Shown in pieces: positions 39,046 to 49,113 of a DNA stretch of 50,718 nt. How positions within the stretch are numbered: position 1 is the first letter of the stretch; each line of letters starts with the position of its first letter. The stretch is taken from assembly GCA_044225505.1 (NCBI GenBank), contig JBGAIN010000041.1, positions 1 through 50,718 on the forward strand, read 5' to 3'. The notes beneath the pieces are model-generated. The model worked only from the letters and a program-made list of their open reading frames with translations, was not told where the DNA came from and did not search any database. This stretch comes from Limisphaerales bacterium (GTDB lineage Bacteria > Verrucomicrobiota > Verrucomicrobiia > Limisphaerales > SIBE01). The position numbers and the translations under genes are program-made.

Positions 39046-39282
39046 TTCGGGGAAGCGTAACTAAAGAAGGGCAAAAGAGAGGGAGCGGAGCATGCGCAAG
39101 AGCACGATCAAGATTAAGACGAACAACGCGGTGGGCCTTCCGCCGCTTTTCCGAAATATCGGCGCCCGACACATGGCCACCGCCAAACTTCGACTGGATT
39201 TAGCGCCAGCCAGATGTATTCTCCCCGCTCCGACCGCGGGAAAGCGTTCTTGCTCGAACAGTTTCGCGGTTGTTGAATTGTT

Positions 39283-42000
39283 ATGACGAGTAGTGAAATA
39301 CGCCAATCGTTTCTCGATTTCTTTCGCTCGAAAGAGCATAGCCTCGTGCCGTCGTCGAGTTTAATGCCCGACGCGCCAAATCTCCTGTTCACGAATGCGG
39401 GCATGAACCAGTTCGTGCCGATATTTCTGGGCCAACGCGCTCCCGATGTGAACCAATGGCCAGGGGTGGTTCCAGCGGCGGCAACGCGCGCTGCGGACAC
39501 GCAGAAGTGCATCCGCGCCGGAGGCAAACATAACGATTTGGAAGACGTGGGGTTGGATACGTACCACCACACTTTTTTCGAGATGTTGGGAAATTGGAGT
39601 TTCGGCGATTATTTTAAGCGCGAAGCCATTCAGTGGGCCTGGGAACTTGTGGCTGGGGTTTGGAAATTCCCGAAGAACCGGCTCTATGCAACGGTGTACA
39701 AACCGGGGCCTGGCGATCCAAGTGAATTTGATCAAGAAGCCTACAATTATTGGGCGGAGATCTTCACGGCTGCCGGACTGGATCCGAACGTGCACATTCA
39801 GTTTGGGGGCAAGAAAGATAATTTTTGGATGATGGGCGAGACTGGGCCTTGTGGACCCTGCTCGGAAATCCACGTGGATTTGACTCCGCGCGGTGATAGC
39901 CAAGGCCGGATGGTGAACCAGGGCAGCCCCCAGTGCATTGAGATCTGGAACCTGGTCTTCATCCAGTTCAATGCGAATCCGGACGGGACATTCTCGTCGC
40001 TGCCCGCGCGCCATGTCGACACGGGTATGGGTTTCGAGCGCGTGACGAGCATTATCCAAAACACACGCGGATTCAGCGATTTCTCAGGGATCGTTTCCAA
40101 TTACGAAACGGACATCTTCCGCCCGATCTTTACGGAAATCGAGAAGCTGAGCGGGAAGCAGTATGGGTCGACCTTGCCCAAAGCCGGAAGCGTTCAATTG
40201 ACTCCCCAAGAAGCAGTGGATATCGCGTTCCGCGTGATCGCCGATCACATCCGCACTTTGAGCTTCGCTATTGCAGACGGGATTGCACCTGGGAACAGCG
40301 ATCGGAATTACGTCTTGCGCCGCATTCTGCGACGGGCGGTGCGCTATGGGCGCACGCTCGGATTTCGGGAGCCTTTTTTCTACAAATTGGTGGGAGTGTT
40401 GGTAGCGAGCATGGGCGGCGTTTTCCCAGAGTTGCGTCAGCGTCAAAAGCATGTGGAAGATGTCATCCGGACGGAGGAAGAAGCGTTTAATAAGACATTG
40501 GACCGGGGCTTGGAATTGTTTCAAGACGAGGCCGAAAAGAAGCCGCGAGAACTTTCCGGAGATTTCGCGTTCAAATTATACGACACCTACGGCTTTCCGA
40601 TCGACCTCACAGAACTGCTGGCGCGTGAACGTGGATTGACCGTGGACATGGCGGGATACAATAAGCTGATGGAGGCGCAGCAGGCACGCGCCCGCGCAGC
40701 CCAAAAACGGGAGGTCATCAGCGTATCGGAAATCCAAGTCGAAAAGCCCACCCGGTTCGTTGGTTTTGAGCAGCTCCAGACTCACGCTCGTATCCTCGAT
40801 GTGGTCGACGTGAAAGATCGCACCGCGGTGGTGGTGGAGACGACCCCGTTCTACGCCGAGATGGGGGGGCAAGTGGGAGACACCGGAGAAATCTCCATCG
40901 GTGACGGAATCTGGAAAGTGGCCAACACTCAGAAAGCGGGAGGCGCATTTCTGCATTTGTTGGAAGGCAAAGCGCCAGGCTTGCTCCCGGGGATGGAAGT
41001 GGATCTGTCAGTGCGCCGCGATCGTCGCGCCGCGATACAGCGGCATCATACCGTGACCCACTTGCTCCATTGGGCCTTGCACGAGGTCGTGAGCAAAGAA
41101 TCTGCACAGAAAGGCTCGTACGTCGGACCGGAAAAGCTCACATTCGACTTCAACAGTGCGCCGCTGAACCCTGCCCAATTGCAAGACATCGAACAGTTGG
41201 TGAACGCTCGAATTGTCGAGAACGCTAGCGTTTCGTGGATTGAGGTGCCTTACGGACAAATTCGTCAGCGAAAAGATGTCATGCAGTTCTTCGGTGAGAA
41301 GTACGGCGACACCGTGCGCGTAGTTCAGATTGGGGGCAAGCCCGGCGAATTGAATGGCTATTCCATGGAACTCTGCGGCGGCACGCACACGACGGGTTCA
41401 GGAGAAATCGGCCTGTTCCGCATTGTCGGTGAATCAGCCATCTCCGCTGGAGTCCGCCGTATTGAAGCGGTGGCAGGATTGGAAGCGTATCAAGTCGCGC
41501 GGCGCGAAGCCGATTCGCTCAGCCGAGCGGCGGATAAGCTAAATTGTCCCGTTGGCGAGCTGGAACGGAAAATCGATTCGTTGCTGGCGCAACAACGCGA
41601 GTTGGAAAAACAACTCAGGGCGGTGCAACAGAAAGAAGCGGCCCAGGCCGCACGAGCGCTGTTGAGCCGTGCCACGCAAATCAACGGCGTGCCCGTCATC
41701 ATTGAGAATGCCGGCCCGCTCGATGGCGACGTTCTGCAGGCAATGGCGAACGAATTGAAAGGGCTCTTTCAAGGCGTCATTCTCCTCGCGGGAAGTGCTA
41801 ATCAAAACGTCGCGATCGTAGCAACGGTCACACCAGGTTACGTGGCTAAAATCGCTGCGGGAAAACTCGTGCAACAGATTGCACCGATCGTCGGCGGGAA
41901 AGGCGGCGGCAAACCCGACAGCGCCCGTGGCGGAGGCAAGGACGTGGCCAAAATCGATGAAGCTCTGACCAAAGCGAAAGCAATCTTGGGTGGACAGTAA
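39283..42000 (+). CDS. alaS: Alanine--tRNA ligase
   Basis: LLFTNAGMNQF, QKCIRAGGKHND, HHTFFEMLGNWSFGDYFK, GPCGPCSEI, DTGMGFER, editing motifs HHTVTHLLH and ELCGGTH, GGKGGGK. Confidence 0.99.
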   Translation: MTSSEIRQSFLDFFRSKEHSLVPSSSLMPDAPNLLFTNAGMNQFVPIFLGQRAPDVNQWPGVVPAAATRAADTQKCIRAGGKHNDLEDVGLDTYHHTFFEMLGNWSFGDYFKREAIQWAWELVAGVWKFPKNRLYATVYKPGPGDPSEFDQEAYNYWAEIFTAAGLDPNVHIQFGGKKDNFWMMGETGPCGPCSEIHVDLTPRGDSQGRMVNQGSPQCIEIWNLVFIQFNANPDGTFSSLPARHVDTGMGFERVTSIIQNTRGFSDFSGIVSNYETDIFRPIFTEIEKLSGKQYGSTLPKAGSVQLTPQEAVDIAFRVIADHIRTLSFAIADGIAPGNSDRNYVLRRILRRAVRYGRTLGFREPFFYKLVGVLVASMGGVFPELRQRQKHVEDVIRTEEEAFNKTLDRGLELFQDEAEKKPRELSGDFAFKLYDTYGFPIDLTELLARERGLTVDMAGYNKLMEAQQARARAAQKREVISVSEIQVEKPTRFVGFEQLQTHARILDVVDVKDRTAVVVETTPFYAEMGGQVGDTGEISIGDGIWKVANTQKAGGAFLHLLEGKAPGLLPGMEVDLSVRRDRRAAIQRHHTVTHLLHWALHEVVSKESAQKGSYVGPEKLTFDFNSAPLNPAQLQDIEQLVNARIVENASVSWIEVPYGQIRQRKDVMQFFGEKYGDTVRVVQIGGKPGELNGYSMELCGGTHTTGSGEIGLFRIVGESAISAGVRRIEAVAGLEAYQVARREADSLSRAADKLNCPVGELERKIDSLLAQQRELEKQLRAVQQKEAAQAARALLSRATQINGVPVIIENAGPLDGDVLQAMANELKGLFQGVILLAGSANQNVAIVATVTPGYVAKIAAGKLVQQIAPIVGGKGGGKPDSARGGGKDVAKIDEALTKAKAILGGQ

Positions 42001-42095
42001 GAGCGAGCCCACGCGATTCGCCGCACCGCCGCCAGGCCGAAGGATGCTTTAGAGCTGGCGTTATAGCATGGCGTGCAGGTTTTGATTGGACAATC

Positions 42096-42297
42096 CGGCC
42101 GTCCCTTCGGGACTTGGACCTGATACCATGGCCTACCCGGCGTTGAAACGCCGGGCTAGTATCGTTGCGTCCCTCCGGGACTAAGTCAGGCGGTTGGTTT
42201 CCAGTCCCGGAGGGACAGCGTGAAAGTAGCCGGGCGTTTCAACGCTGGGTCTAGGATTTGATGATGGCATCCGTCCCGGAGGGACGGTTGAAATGAG
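42096..42297. repeat. 202-bp self-palindromic REP-like module, left copy
   Basis: Hairpins GTCCCTTCGGGAC, CCCGGCGTTGAAACGCCGGG and GTCCCTCCGGGAC, followed by their inverted counterparts; 6 mismatches versus the right copy. Confidence 0.92.
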
Positions 42298-42299
42298 GT

Positions 42300-42746
42300 A
42301 TGTCTTACGTCAGTGCGTGTTTCCACTGCGTCTTTAGCACCAAGGAGCGTCAGAAATTGATAAAGCCGGCGTTGCAGGAAAGGCTCTGGCCTTTTCTGGG
42401 GGGAATAGCGCGACAGAACGATATGTGCGCGCTTGCGGTCGGAGGGATGGAAGACCATGTGCACATGCTTCTTTCGTTGCCAGCGGCAATGCCCGTCGCC
42501 AAAGCAATGCAACTGATCAAAGGGGGGTCCTCGAGATGGATTCATGAGACCTTTGCCGATCAACGGCACTTCGCCTGGCAGGAGAAGTACGGTGCCTTTA
42601 GTGTCAGCGTGTCGCAGTTAGATCGGATCATCCAATATATCCAAGGACAACGCGAACATCACCGGGTTAAGACGTTTGAAGAAGAGTTCATCGGGTTGCT
42701 GAAACGTCACGGGATTCATTACGACGAGCGTTATCTGTGGGAATGA
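42300..42746 (+). mobile_element. tnpA: IS200/IS605-family HUH (Y1) transposase TnpA, REP-associated-like context
   Basis: HCVFSTKER, HUH motif EDHVHML, KGGSSRW, FAWQEKYGAFSVS, catalytic-Tyr region YIQGQREHH. Confidence 0.93.
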
Positions 42747-42748
42747 AT

Positions 42749-42950
42749 CGGCCGTCCCTTCGGGACCTGGACCTGATACCATGGCCTACCCGGCGTTGAA
42801 ACGCCGGGCTAGTATCGGTGCGTCCCTCCGGGACTTAGTCAGGCGGTTGCTTTCCAGTCCCGGAGGGACAGCGTGAAAGTAGCCCGGCGTTTCAACGCCG
42901 GGTCTAGGATTTGATGATGGCATCCGTCCCGGAGGGACGGTTGAAATGAG
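42749..42950. repeat. 202-bp self-palindromic REP-like module, right copy (direct repeat of 42096-42297)
   Basis: 196/202 identity to the left copy by manual alignment. Confidence 0.92.
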
Positions 42951-42986
42951 CCGTATCGAACGGTAGTGCAGAGCGCGCAACGGGTC

Positions 42987-43028
42987 TAAACAAAACGCCC
43001 TCTCCCAGAGTAGCCAGGAGAGGGCGTT
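42987..43028 (-). terminator. Intrinsic terminator for the DUF481 gene
   Basis: AACGCCCTCTCC/GGAGAGGGCGTT 12-bp stem followed by a T-rich run (TTGTTTA) on the minus strand. Confidence 0.7.
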
Positions 43029-43070
43029 ATTTCAATCGGACGCCGTCCAGGAGGGCCTGTCCGGTTGAGC

Positions 43071-43850
43071 TTAGAATTTGTAGGCGATTGCCGTCACGAG
43101 CTTGAGGTCGTTCTTTTGGCGATCTGGGGCGGGTACATTATCGTAGGTGTCGACCGCAAAGACGCGAAGCGACAGCTTTTTGGTCAAACTGGTGTCCAAC
43201 CCGATTTCGCCGTTGACGATATAATTGTTGAAATCATCCACCTGAGGCAAGTACTCCAAAGATTGCCAAATGCGAACGCGGTCGTTCAATTTGTGTTCAA
43301 ACCGCTCGGCCACACGCAAGGTCAGGTATTCCTTCTGATGCTTGCCTTGCTTTTCCATAACAAAGCCAGGGCCGACTTCGCCGCTGAGGGTGGTCTTTTC
43401 GTTCTTGATGACGTAATAACCAATACCAGGACTGAGCGTGAGGCGATAGTCCACATCCGCGACGGCATCGTGCAAAGCATCCAAGCGAAGATAACCGAAC
43501 AACTTTTCGGTGAAGAGCCGGTTGTACTGACCAAAGCCGTGAATCGACTCGGCGTTCTTCGTTTCGTGGTCCTCGCCGTAGGTGGCATCGGCGCCAAACC
43601 GCAGCTCGTTCTGCTCCCACTTCTTCTCGGTCAAAACATTGCCGGTGGCGAGCAGTGTCTTGCTGTTGCCGCGAGTGAGCGAGAGTCCCAAGGAGGCCGA
43701 GGAAACCCAGGCGGTCTTGTCTTCGGGCTTGGGCGCGTCGGCCGCAGGCGCCGGAGCTGGAGCTTGGGCAAAGAGCGCGAGGGGGCAAAGGGTGAGAAGA
43801 GTGCTCAGCGATGAGAGGATTGGACGAGATGCAGCAGGTCGTCTTTTCAT
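43071..43850 (-). CDS. DUF481/YdiY family outer-membrane beta-barrel protein
   Basis: Signal peptide, GLSLTRGNS, DYRLTLSPGIGYY, alternating beta-strand pattern, C-terminal aromatic AIAYKF. Confidence 0.9.
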   Translation of the reverse strand: MKRRPAASRPILSSLSTLLTLCPLALFAQAPAPAPAADAPKPEDKTAWVSSASLGLSLTRGNSKTLLATGNVLTEKKWEQNELRFGADATYGEDHETKNAESIHGFGQYNRLFTEKLFGYLRLDALHDAVADVDYRLTLSPGIGYYVIKNEKTTLSGEVGPGFVMEKQGKHQKEYLTLRVAERFEHKLNDRVRIWQSLEYLPQVDDFNNYIVNGEIGLDTSLTKKLSLRVFAVDTYDNVPAPDRQKNDLKLVTAIAYKF

Positions 43851-44038
43851 AGTTTAAGTTAGGATGAGTTATTGTTTTTGTGAAACGGGCCGGACGCCTC
43901 CGCCCCGTTTCGCGCAGCAGAGGCTATGCAACTGCCGCTGCGACGGCAATAGAAACTACAGACTTTGTTCGTGGCGGCGGCATTCAATGTCCGAAACGGA
44001 GTTGCCGGGCTTTGCCCGTCGGCTTAGGTTGCAGCCGC

Positions 44039-46168
44039 ATGAAGCAAACGATTGGGAAAACGACGATGTGCTTGTCCATGGCGGGTGCTCTGTGGGCCGG
44101 CGGTTGGGACAGCCAAACTGCGGCCGCCGCCGCGAGTGCGACGCCGACAACTCCCGGTAACGACCCGTATCTCTGGCTGGAAGAGGTTACCGGAGAAAAT
44201 GCGCTGACGTGGGTGAAATCACAAAATGCGTTGAGCACGAAGGAGCTGGAAGGTCACGGCGAGTTTGAAGCCATCCGGCAACGCTTGCTTTCGATTCTAG
44301 ACGCGAAGGAGCGGATTCCCTACGTGGCTAAGCACGGGGAATACTATTACAACTTCTGGCGCGATTCCGTCAACGTCCGTGGGCTCTGGCGCCGGACGAG
44401 TTTGGAAGAATTTCGTCGGCCTGAACCGAAGTGGGAGACGGTCTTGGATCTCGATCGTTTGGCGAGTGAAGAGAAGGAGAACTGGGTCTGGAAAGGGGCG
44501 GAAGTGCTTTTTCCCACCTATGATCGGTGTCTGATTTCGTTATCCCGAGGAGGCGCCGACGCGCGGGTGGTGCGGGAATTTGACCTCAACACCAAAAAGT
44601 TTGTTCCGGACGGATTTTCCCTGCCAGAAGCCAAGAGTGATGTGGCCTGGCGGAACCGCGATAGCCTCTATGTGGGCACCGAGTTTGGACCGGGTTCGCT
44701 GACGACGTCCGGGTATCCTCGGCTGGTGAAGCTTTGGCAACGAGGGATCCCGTTATCTCAAGCCAAGCTGGAGTTTGAAGGGGCAAAGGAAGACGTCAGT
44801 GTGGGAGCGAACGTGGTGCATGATCACGGGCATGTGTATGAAATGATTCAACGCGGTAAAACCTTTTATACGTCCGAAGTGTTTCTTCGCCAGGGCGACA
44901 ATTGGGTGCCAATAGAGAAGCCAGACGATGCCCAGCTCGACACCTTTGACGACCAACTTTTGATTCAGTTGCGGTCGGATTGGACCCTTCCAGAGCGGAC
45001 CTATCCAGCGGGAGCGCTCCTGGCCGCGCCGATATCCGGATACCTCAAGGGCGAACGAAACTTTGAAGTTGTATTTCAACCGACCGATCGCAAATCACTC
45101 ACCTCCATCTCCAGCACAAAGCGCTTTTTAGTTTTGAATGAACTCGAGAACGTCCGGAGCAGACCGTGGATGGTGAGCCGCGAGGGAGGGAAGTGGAACC
45201 GGACGCCGATCGAGGCTCCAGAGTTCGGAGCGGTGACCGTAAGTGGCGTGGATTCTCATGAGTCGGACGATTATTTCATGACCGTCGCTGATTTCCTGAC
45301 GCCATCCAGTCTATTCTTCGGGACGCTGGGTCAGGGCAACCGGGAGAAGCTCAAGAGTCTGCCGGCCTTCTTCAAAAGCGAAGGCCTGGAGATCTCCCAA
45401 CACCAGGCTGTTTCAAAGGATGGAACGAAGGTTCCTTATTTTCAGGTTAGCCACAAAGGGGTGAAGACGGATGGGAAGAACGCGACGTTACTCTATGGCT
45501 ATGGCGGGTTTGAGATTCCGATGCTCCCGAACTACAGCGCGGGTGTCGGAGCGACCTGGTTGGAGCGGGGTGGCGTCTATGTGCTCGCGAATATTCGCGG
45601 GGGAGGAGAATTTGGGCCGAAGTGGCACGAAGCCGCGCGCAAAGCCAATCGCCAGCGGGCTTACGATGATTTCATTGCTGTTGCCGAGGACCTGATCCAG
45701 CGCAAGGTGACATCGCCGGAGCATTTAGGAATTCAAGGGGGGTCAAACGGGGGGCTGCTGATGGGGGTGATGCTGACGCAGCGTCCAGATTTGTTCAAAG
45801 CGGTCGTCTGCCAAGTCCCTTTGTTGGACATGCGACGTTTCAATCAACTGCTCGCAGGCGCGAGCTGGATGGCGGAATATGGCAATCCAGACTTGCCGGA
45901 CGAATGGGCTTACATCAGCAAGTATTCCCCGTATCAAAACGTCAGCAAAGAGAAGAAGTATCCGCGCGTGCTTTTCACGACGTCGACTCGCGATGATCGT
46001 GTCCATCCCGGTCACGCCCGTAAGATGGTGGCACGGATGAAAGAGCAGGGGCACAACGTGCTTTATTACGAAAACATTGAGGGAGGACATGGGGGCGCGG
46101 CAAACAACCAGCAAGCAGCTTACATGGCCGCCTTGGCGTATACATTCCTGCTCCATGAACTGCGGTGA
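44039..46168 (+). CDS. Prolyl oligopeptidase family serine peptidase (S9A)
   Basis: DPYLWLEEV, LYGYGGF, ANIRGGGEFG, nucleophile GGSNGGLL, DDRVHP, GGHGG. Confidence 0.96.
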   Translation: MKQTIGKTTMCLSMAGALWAGGWDSQTAAAAASATPTTPGNDPYLWLEEVTGENALTWVKSQNALSTKELEGHGEFEAIRQRLLSILDAKERIPYVAKHGEYYYNFWRDSVNVRGLWRRTSLEEFRRPEPKWETVLDLDRLASEEKENWVWKGAEVLFPTYDRCLISLSRGGADARVVREFDLNTKKFVPDGFSLPEAKSDVAWRNRDSLYVGTEFGPGSLTTSGYPRLVKLWQRGIPLSQAKLEFEGAKEDVSVGANVVHDHGHVYEMIQRGKTFYTSEVFLRQGDNWVPIEKPDDAQLDTFDDQLLIQLRSDWTLPERTYPAGALLAAPISGYLKGERNFEVVFQPTDRKSLTSISSTKRFLVLNELENVRSRPWMVSREGGKWNRTPIEAPEFGAVTVSGVDSHESDDYFMTVADFLTPSSLFFGTLGQGNREKLKSLPAFFKSEGLEISQHQAVSKDGTKVPYFQVSHKGVKTDGKNATLLYGYGGFEIPMLPNYSAGVGATWLERGGVYVLANIRGGGEFGPKWHEAARKANRQRAYDDFIAVAEDLIQRKVTSPEHLGIQGGSNGGLLMGVMLTQRPDLFKAVVCQVPLLDMRRFNQLLAGASWMAEYGNPDLPDEWAYISKYSPYQNVSKEKKYPRVLFTTSTRDDRVHPGHARKMVARMKEQGHNVLYYENIEGGHGGAANNQQAAYMAALAYTFLLHELR

Positions 46169-46184
46169 GCACCGGAGAGTGGCG

Positions 46185-47303
46185 CTACCCTGTCCAGTTG
46201 GCGGCCACCCGAGCTGCGAGGCGCGCGAGCCAGATTCCGGCCTCGCGTTGGGCTTCGACGGAGTGGGCCAGGGTCGGAACGATGCCGAATGTCGCCGAAA
46301 ACGGGTTGGCAGGAGCGCTAGCAGCGGCGGTGACGACGCCCGCCAAGCCAATGCATGGGACGCCAAGCTCGCGGCAAACGGCTCCTAGCTCGCCCACGCC
46401 TTTGCCCATAAGCGTCGATGGATCGATGGCCCCTTCTCCGGTGATCACAAGGTCTGAAGCTGCAATGCGCCCGCGGAGGTCAGATTCCCTCGCAAAGATC
46501 CGAAATCCTGAGATCAGCTCGGCGTTCATAAAACAGCGCAACCCATAGCCGAGCCCGCCGGCAGCGCCTGTGCCAGGCTGTTCCTCCGCATGGCAGCCCA
46601 GAGCACGGCGCACGACCGTGACGAGTTGGCCTAAGCAGGCTTCGGCGAGTGCCATGTCCTCGTGGCGCAGCCCTTTTTGCGGACCGTAAATGCGGCTCGC
46701 GCCCCTGGGACCAAGCAGTGGATTCTGGACGTCAACAGCTACTTGGATCTGGAGACCAGAAGTCCGTGTCGGAGGCACGATTTCGGCGAGGTCAATCAGC
46801 TGCGTCCATTGGTTCAGCGGCCGTCCGTTGCTCCCGAGAAACGACCAACCCAGCGCGCGTGCCATGCCGAAGCCCCCATCGTTGGTAGCGCTTCCGCCGA
46901 TGCCGATCAGGCAGCGTTCGCATCCACGTTGGGAGGCCGCATCGAAGACCGCACCCAGACCGAAGGTATCCAGTTGAAATGGGTGGTATTGTTCTGGTGG
47001 AAGCAAAGCGAGTCCGATCACCTTCGCCGATTCGATCAAGGCGGTCGATTGGGTCGGATTCCACCACCAGAGCGAGTCACTCGGACGGCCAGCGGCATCC
47101 TGAGTGGGGCAAGGCTGCGGTTGCATTTGCAGGACGCTGGCCAGCACCTCTCCGAAGCCATCACCGCCGTCGCTCATTGGGAGAAGGGATAGCACGTCGT
47201 CCGGACGCGCCTCGCGCCACCCTCGGGCGATCGCGCCTGCGGCGGCGGACGCAGTCAGGCTGCCCTTGAACTTGTCCGGGACGATCAATATGCGGCGGGG
47301 CAT
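46185..47303 (-). CDS. Glycerate kinase (GlxK/GarK family)
   Basis: PDKFKGSL, PMSDGGDG, IGIGGSATNDGG, DVQNPLLG...YGPQKG, GAAGGLG, ITGEG. Confidence 0.95.
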   Translation of the reverse strand: MPRRILIVPDKFKGSLTASAAAGAIARGWREARPDDVLSLLPMSDGGDGFGEVLASVLQMQPQPCPTQDAAGRPSDSLWWWNPTQSTALIESAKVIGLALLPPEQYHPFQLDTFGLGAVFDAASQRGCERCLIGIGGSATNDGGFGMARALGWSFLGSNGRPLNQWTQLIDLAEIVPPTRTSGLQIQVAVDVQNPLLGPRGASRIYGPQKGLRHEDMALAEACLGQLVTVVRRALGCHAEEQPGTGAAGGLGYGLRCFMNAELISGFRIFARESDLRGRIAASDLVITGEGAIDPSTLMGKGVGELGAVCRELGVPCIGLAGVVTAAASAPANPFSATFGIVPTLAHSVEAQREAGIWLARLAARVAANWTG

Positions 47304-47445
47304 AGGTTGTCCTATACGATGCGAGCTCCTCTTCGCGCAAATCAAATCCTGGCCGCAGCCAAACGCAGTTGCGCGGGATGATCCAGTTTGAATTAACGAA
47401 CGGGTAATCAAAAGGCCTGACTGACGTCTAAGTTACAGTCCCTTG

Positions 47446-47472
47446 ATGGGAACGCGGGGTTTCACCCGCAGG
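47446..47472. repeat. Single REP-like palindrome related to 22887-22912
   Basis: ATGGGAACGCGGGGTTTCACCCGCAGG versus ATGGGAACGCGGACTTTAGTCCGCCGG. Confidence 0.45.
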
Positions 47473-47667
47473 AACCGCCGAGTTGGGAGGACGCAACGGA
47501 TCAGTCGAGACGCTCTTCCCTAAGCGCAGCTTCCTGCAGAATAAACTCCGCGCACCTTTGAATACCCGGTCAACGATTCAAAGACGATAAACGGGCCCCC
47601 GCGAGCTTGGAGAGAATTGAAACGTAGACGGGAGGGAAGCTCTCTGTCTAAAGTCCCGCCTTTCATC

Positions 47668-48597
47668 ATGATTCTTTGTATTGGAACCACCCCTGCCGCG
47701 CAGCGCGTCATGATCTTTTCGCGCCTTGAATTAGATCAGGTGAATCGCGCGACCCGCACCTTGGATGGTGCTGCTGGAAAATCCATCAATGTCGCTAAGG
47801 TGCTCCAGTTGCTGGGCGAACGTCCGTTCGCCACCGGATTTCTCGGCGGGCCGCGCGGCGAACAGTTGTTGCACCTCTTGGAAAAGCGCGGGTTGGAGAT
47901 GGAGTTTGTGAAGGTCGCGACTCCAACGCGGGAATGTGTCACGGTGATCGACGAGCGTGCGGGAACAATCACTGAGTTGGTGGAAGAGAGTCGCGCTGTG
48001 GACCCAGGTGCTTATGACAAACTCCTGGCCATCGTAGAACGACAGGTGACGCAATGCTGCGCTGTCGTCCTGTCCGGGACCATTGCTTCGGGAGGACCCA
48101 GTGACTTGTATTTTCGGTGCACGGAAATGGCTCACCGTGCTGGCGCCCTCGCCGTGGTGGATGCAAGCGGGCCGGCCCTTGTTCACGCGCTGAAGGCTAA
48201 GCCGAGTGTCATCAAACCGAATCGAACGGAACTCGAAGCGACCGTTGGTGAACCGCTACGGACGGAGCAAGCCGTGACCGGAGCGATGATGGAGTTGCAC
48301 GGGCGGGGCGCCGAACGCGTTGTCGTGACTGCGGGTGCGAGTGTGGTCTTGGCGACGGACGGTCAGCAGGTTTGGAGATTAACGACGCCCGCGATCAAGG
48401 CCGTGAATCCAATTGGATCGGGTGATGCCTTCACGGCGGGATTGGTCTGGCGATTAGTCGCCGGAGACGCGTTGGGAGACGCGTGCCGTTGGGCGGTCGC
48501 GGCCGGGGCTGCCAACGCGCTCAACCCAATGGCCGGAGAATTGAGCCGGACGGATGTCGACAGGTTGCATGAATTCGTTGAAGTGACTAAAGTTTGA
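47668..48597 (+). CDS. 1-phosphofructokinase/tagatose-6-phosphate kinase family (PfkB) sugar kinase
   Basis: AAGKSINVA, TGFLGG, DASG, IKPNRTEL, NPIGSGDAFTAG. Confidence 0.92.
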   Translation: MILCIGTTPAAQRVMIFSRLELDQVNRATRTLDGAAGKSINVAKVLQLLGERPFATGFLGGPRGEQLLHLLEKRGLEMEFVKVATPTRECVTVIDERAGTITELVEESRAVDPGAYDKLLAIVERQVTQCCAVVLSGTIASGGPSDLYFRCTEMAHRAGALAVVDASGPALVHALKAKPSVIKPNRTELEATVGEPLRTEQAVTGAMMELHGRGAERVVVTAGASVVLATDGQQVWRLTTPAIKAVNPIGSGDAFTAGLVWRLVAGDALGDACRWAVAAGAANALNPMAGELSRTDVDRLHEFVEVTKV

Positions 48598-48661
48598 GGA
48601 GTAGTTCCCGATTGCTAAACCCTGAGGGTGTGGCAGTGTATCAGCGAATTTATTACGTCCT

Positions 48662-49000
48662 ATGAACAAGCCTAAAATTGTTGCCTATTTAAAACCGAGC
48701 TGTGGCTGGAGCCAAGGGGTTCGTGCGGTGCTCCGCAAGTATGACCTTCCCTACGAAGACCGGGACATCATCAACGATCCCATGCAACGCAGCGAGATGA
48801 TTGAGAAAAGCGGCCAAATGCTCAGTCCGTGCGTCGTTGTCAATGGCCACATGCTCGCGGATGTGAGCGGTGATGAGGTAGAAGCGTATCTCCTCGCCCA
48901 GAGCTTAGTTGCCCCGAACGCACAGGCCGCGGAGGCACCGACCAATGCCGGCTGTGCACACGAAGGTCCGACGGGAGCTCCGATGTTTTTCCGCCGCTAA
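48662..49000 (+). CDS. Glutaredoxin-like protein (monothiol CGWS)
   Basis: AYLKPSCGWS, cis-Pro region KSGQMLSPCV. Confidence 0.85.
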   Translation: MNKPKIVAYLKPSCGWSQGVRAVLRKYDLPYEDRDIINDPMQRSEMIEKSGQMLSPCVVVNGHMLADVSGDEVEAYLLAQSLVAPNAQAAEAPTNAGCAHEGPTGAPMFFRR

Positions 49001-49113
49001 GCTCGGAGATTGTTTTCAGGCCGTGAAAGCGAGTCTTTCACGGCCTTTTTTGCGCCCGCCTGCGAAAGACAATAGCATTGAAGGCCGGTTCGCCTTGGGC
49101 ACACTCTAGGCCG

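Noticed and set aside
42747..43070. tnpB/iscB partner or omegaRNA downstream of tnpA
   Set aside because: No nuclease ORF is present; the region is explained by the repeat module and a terminator.
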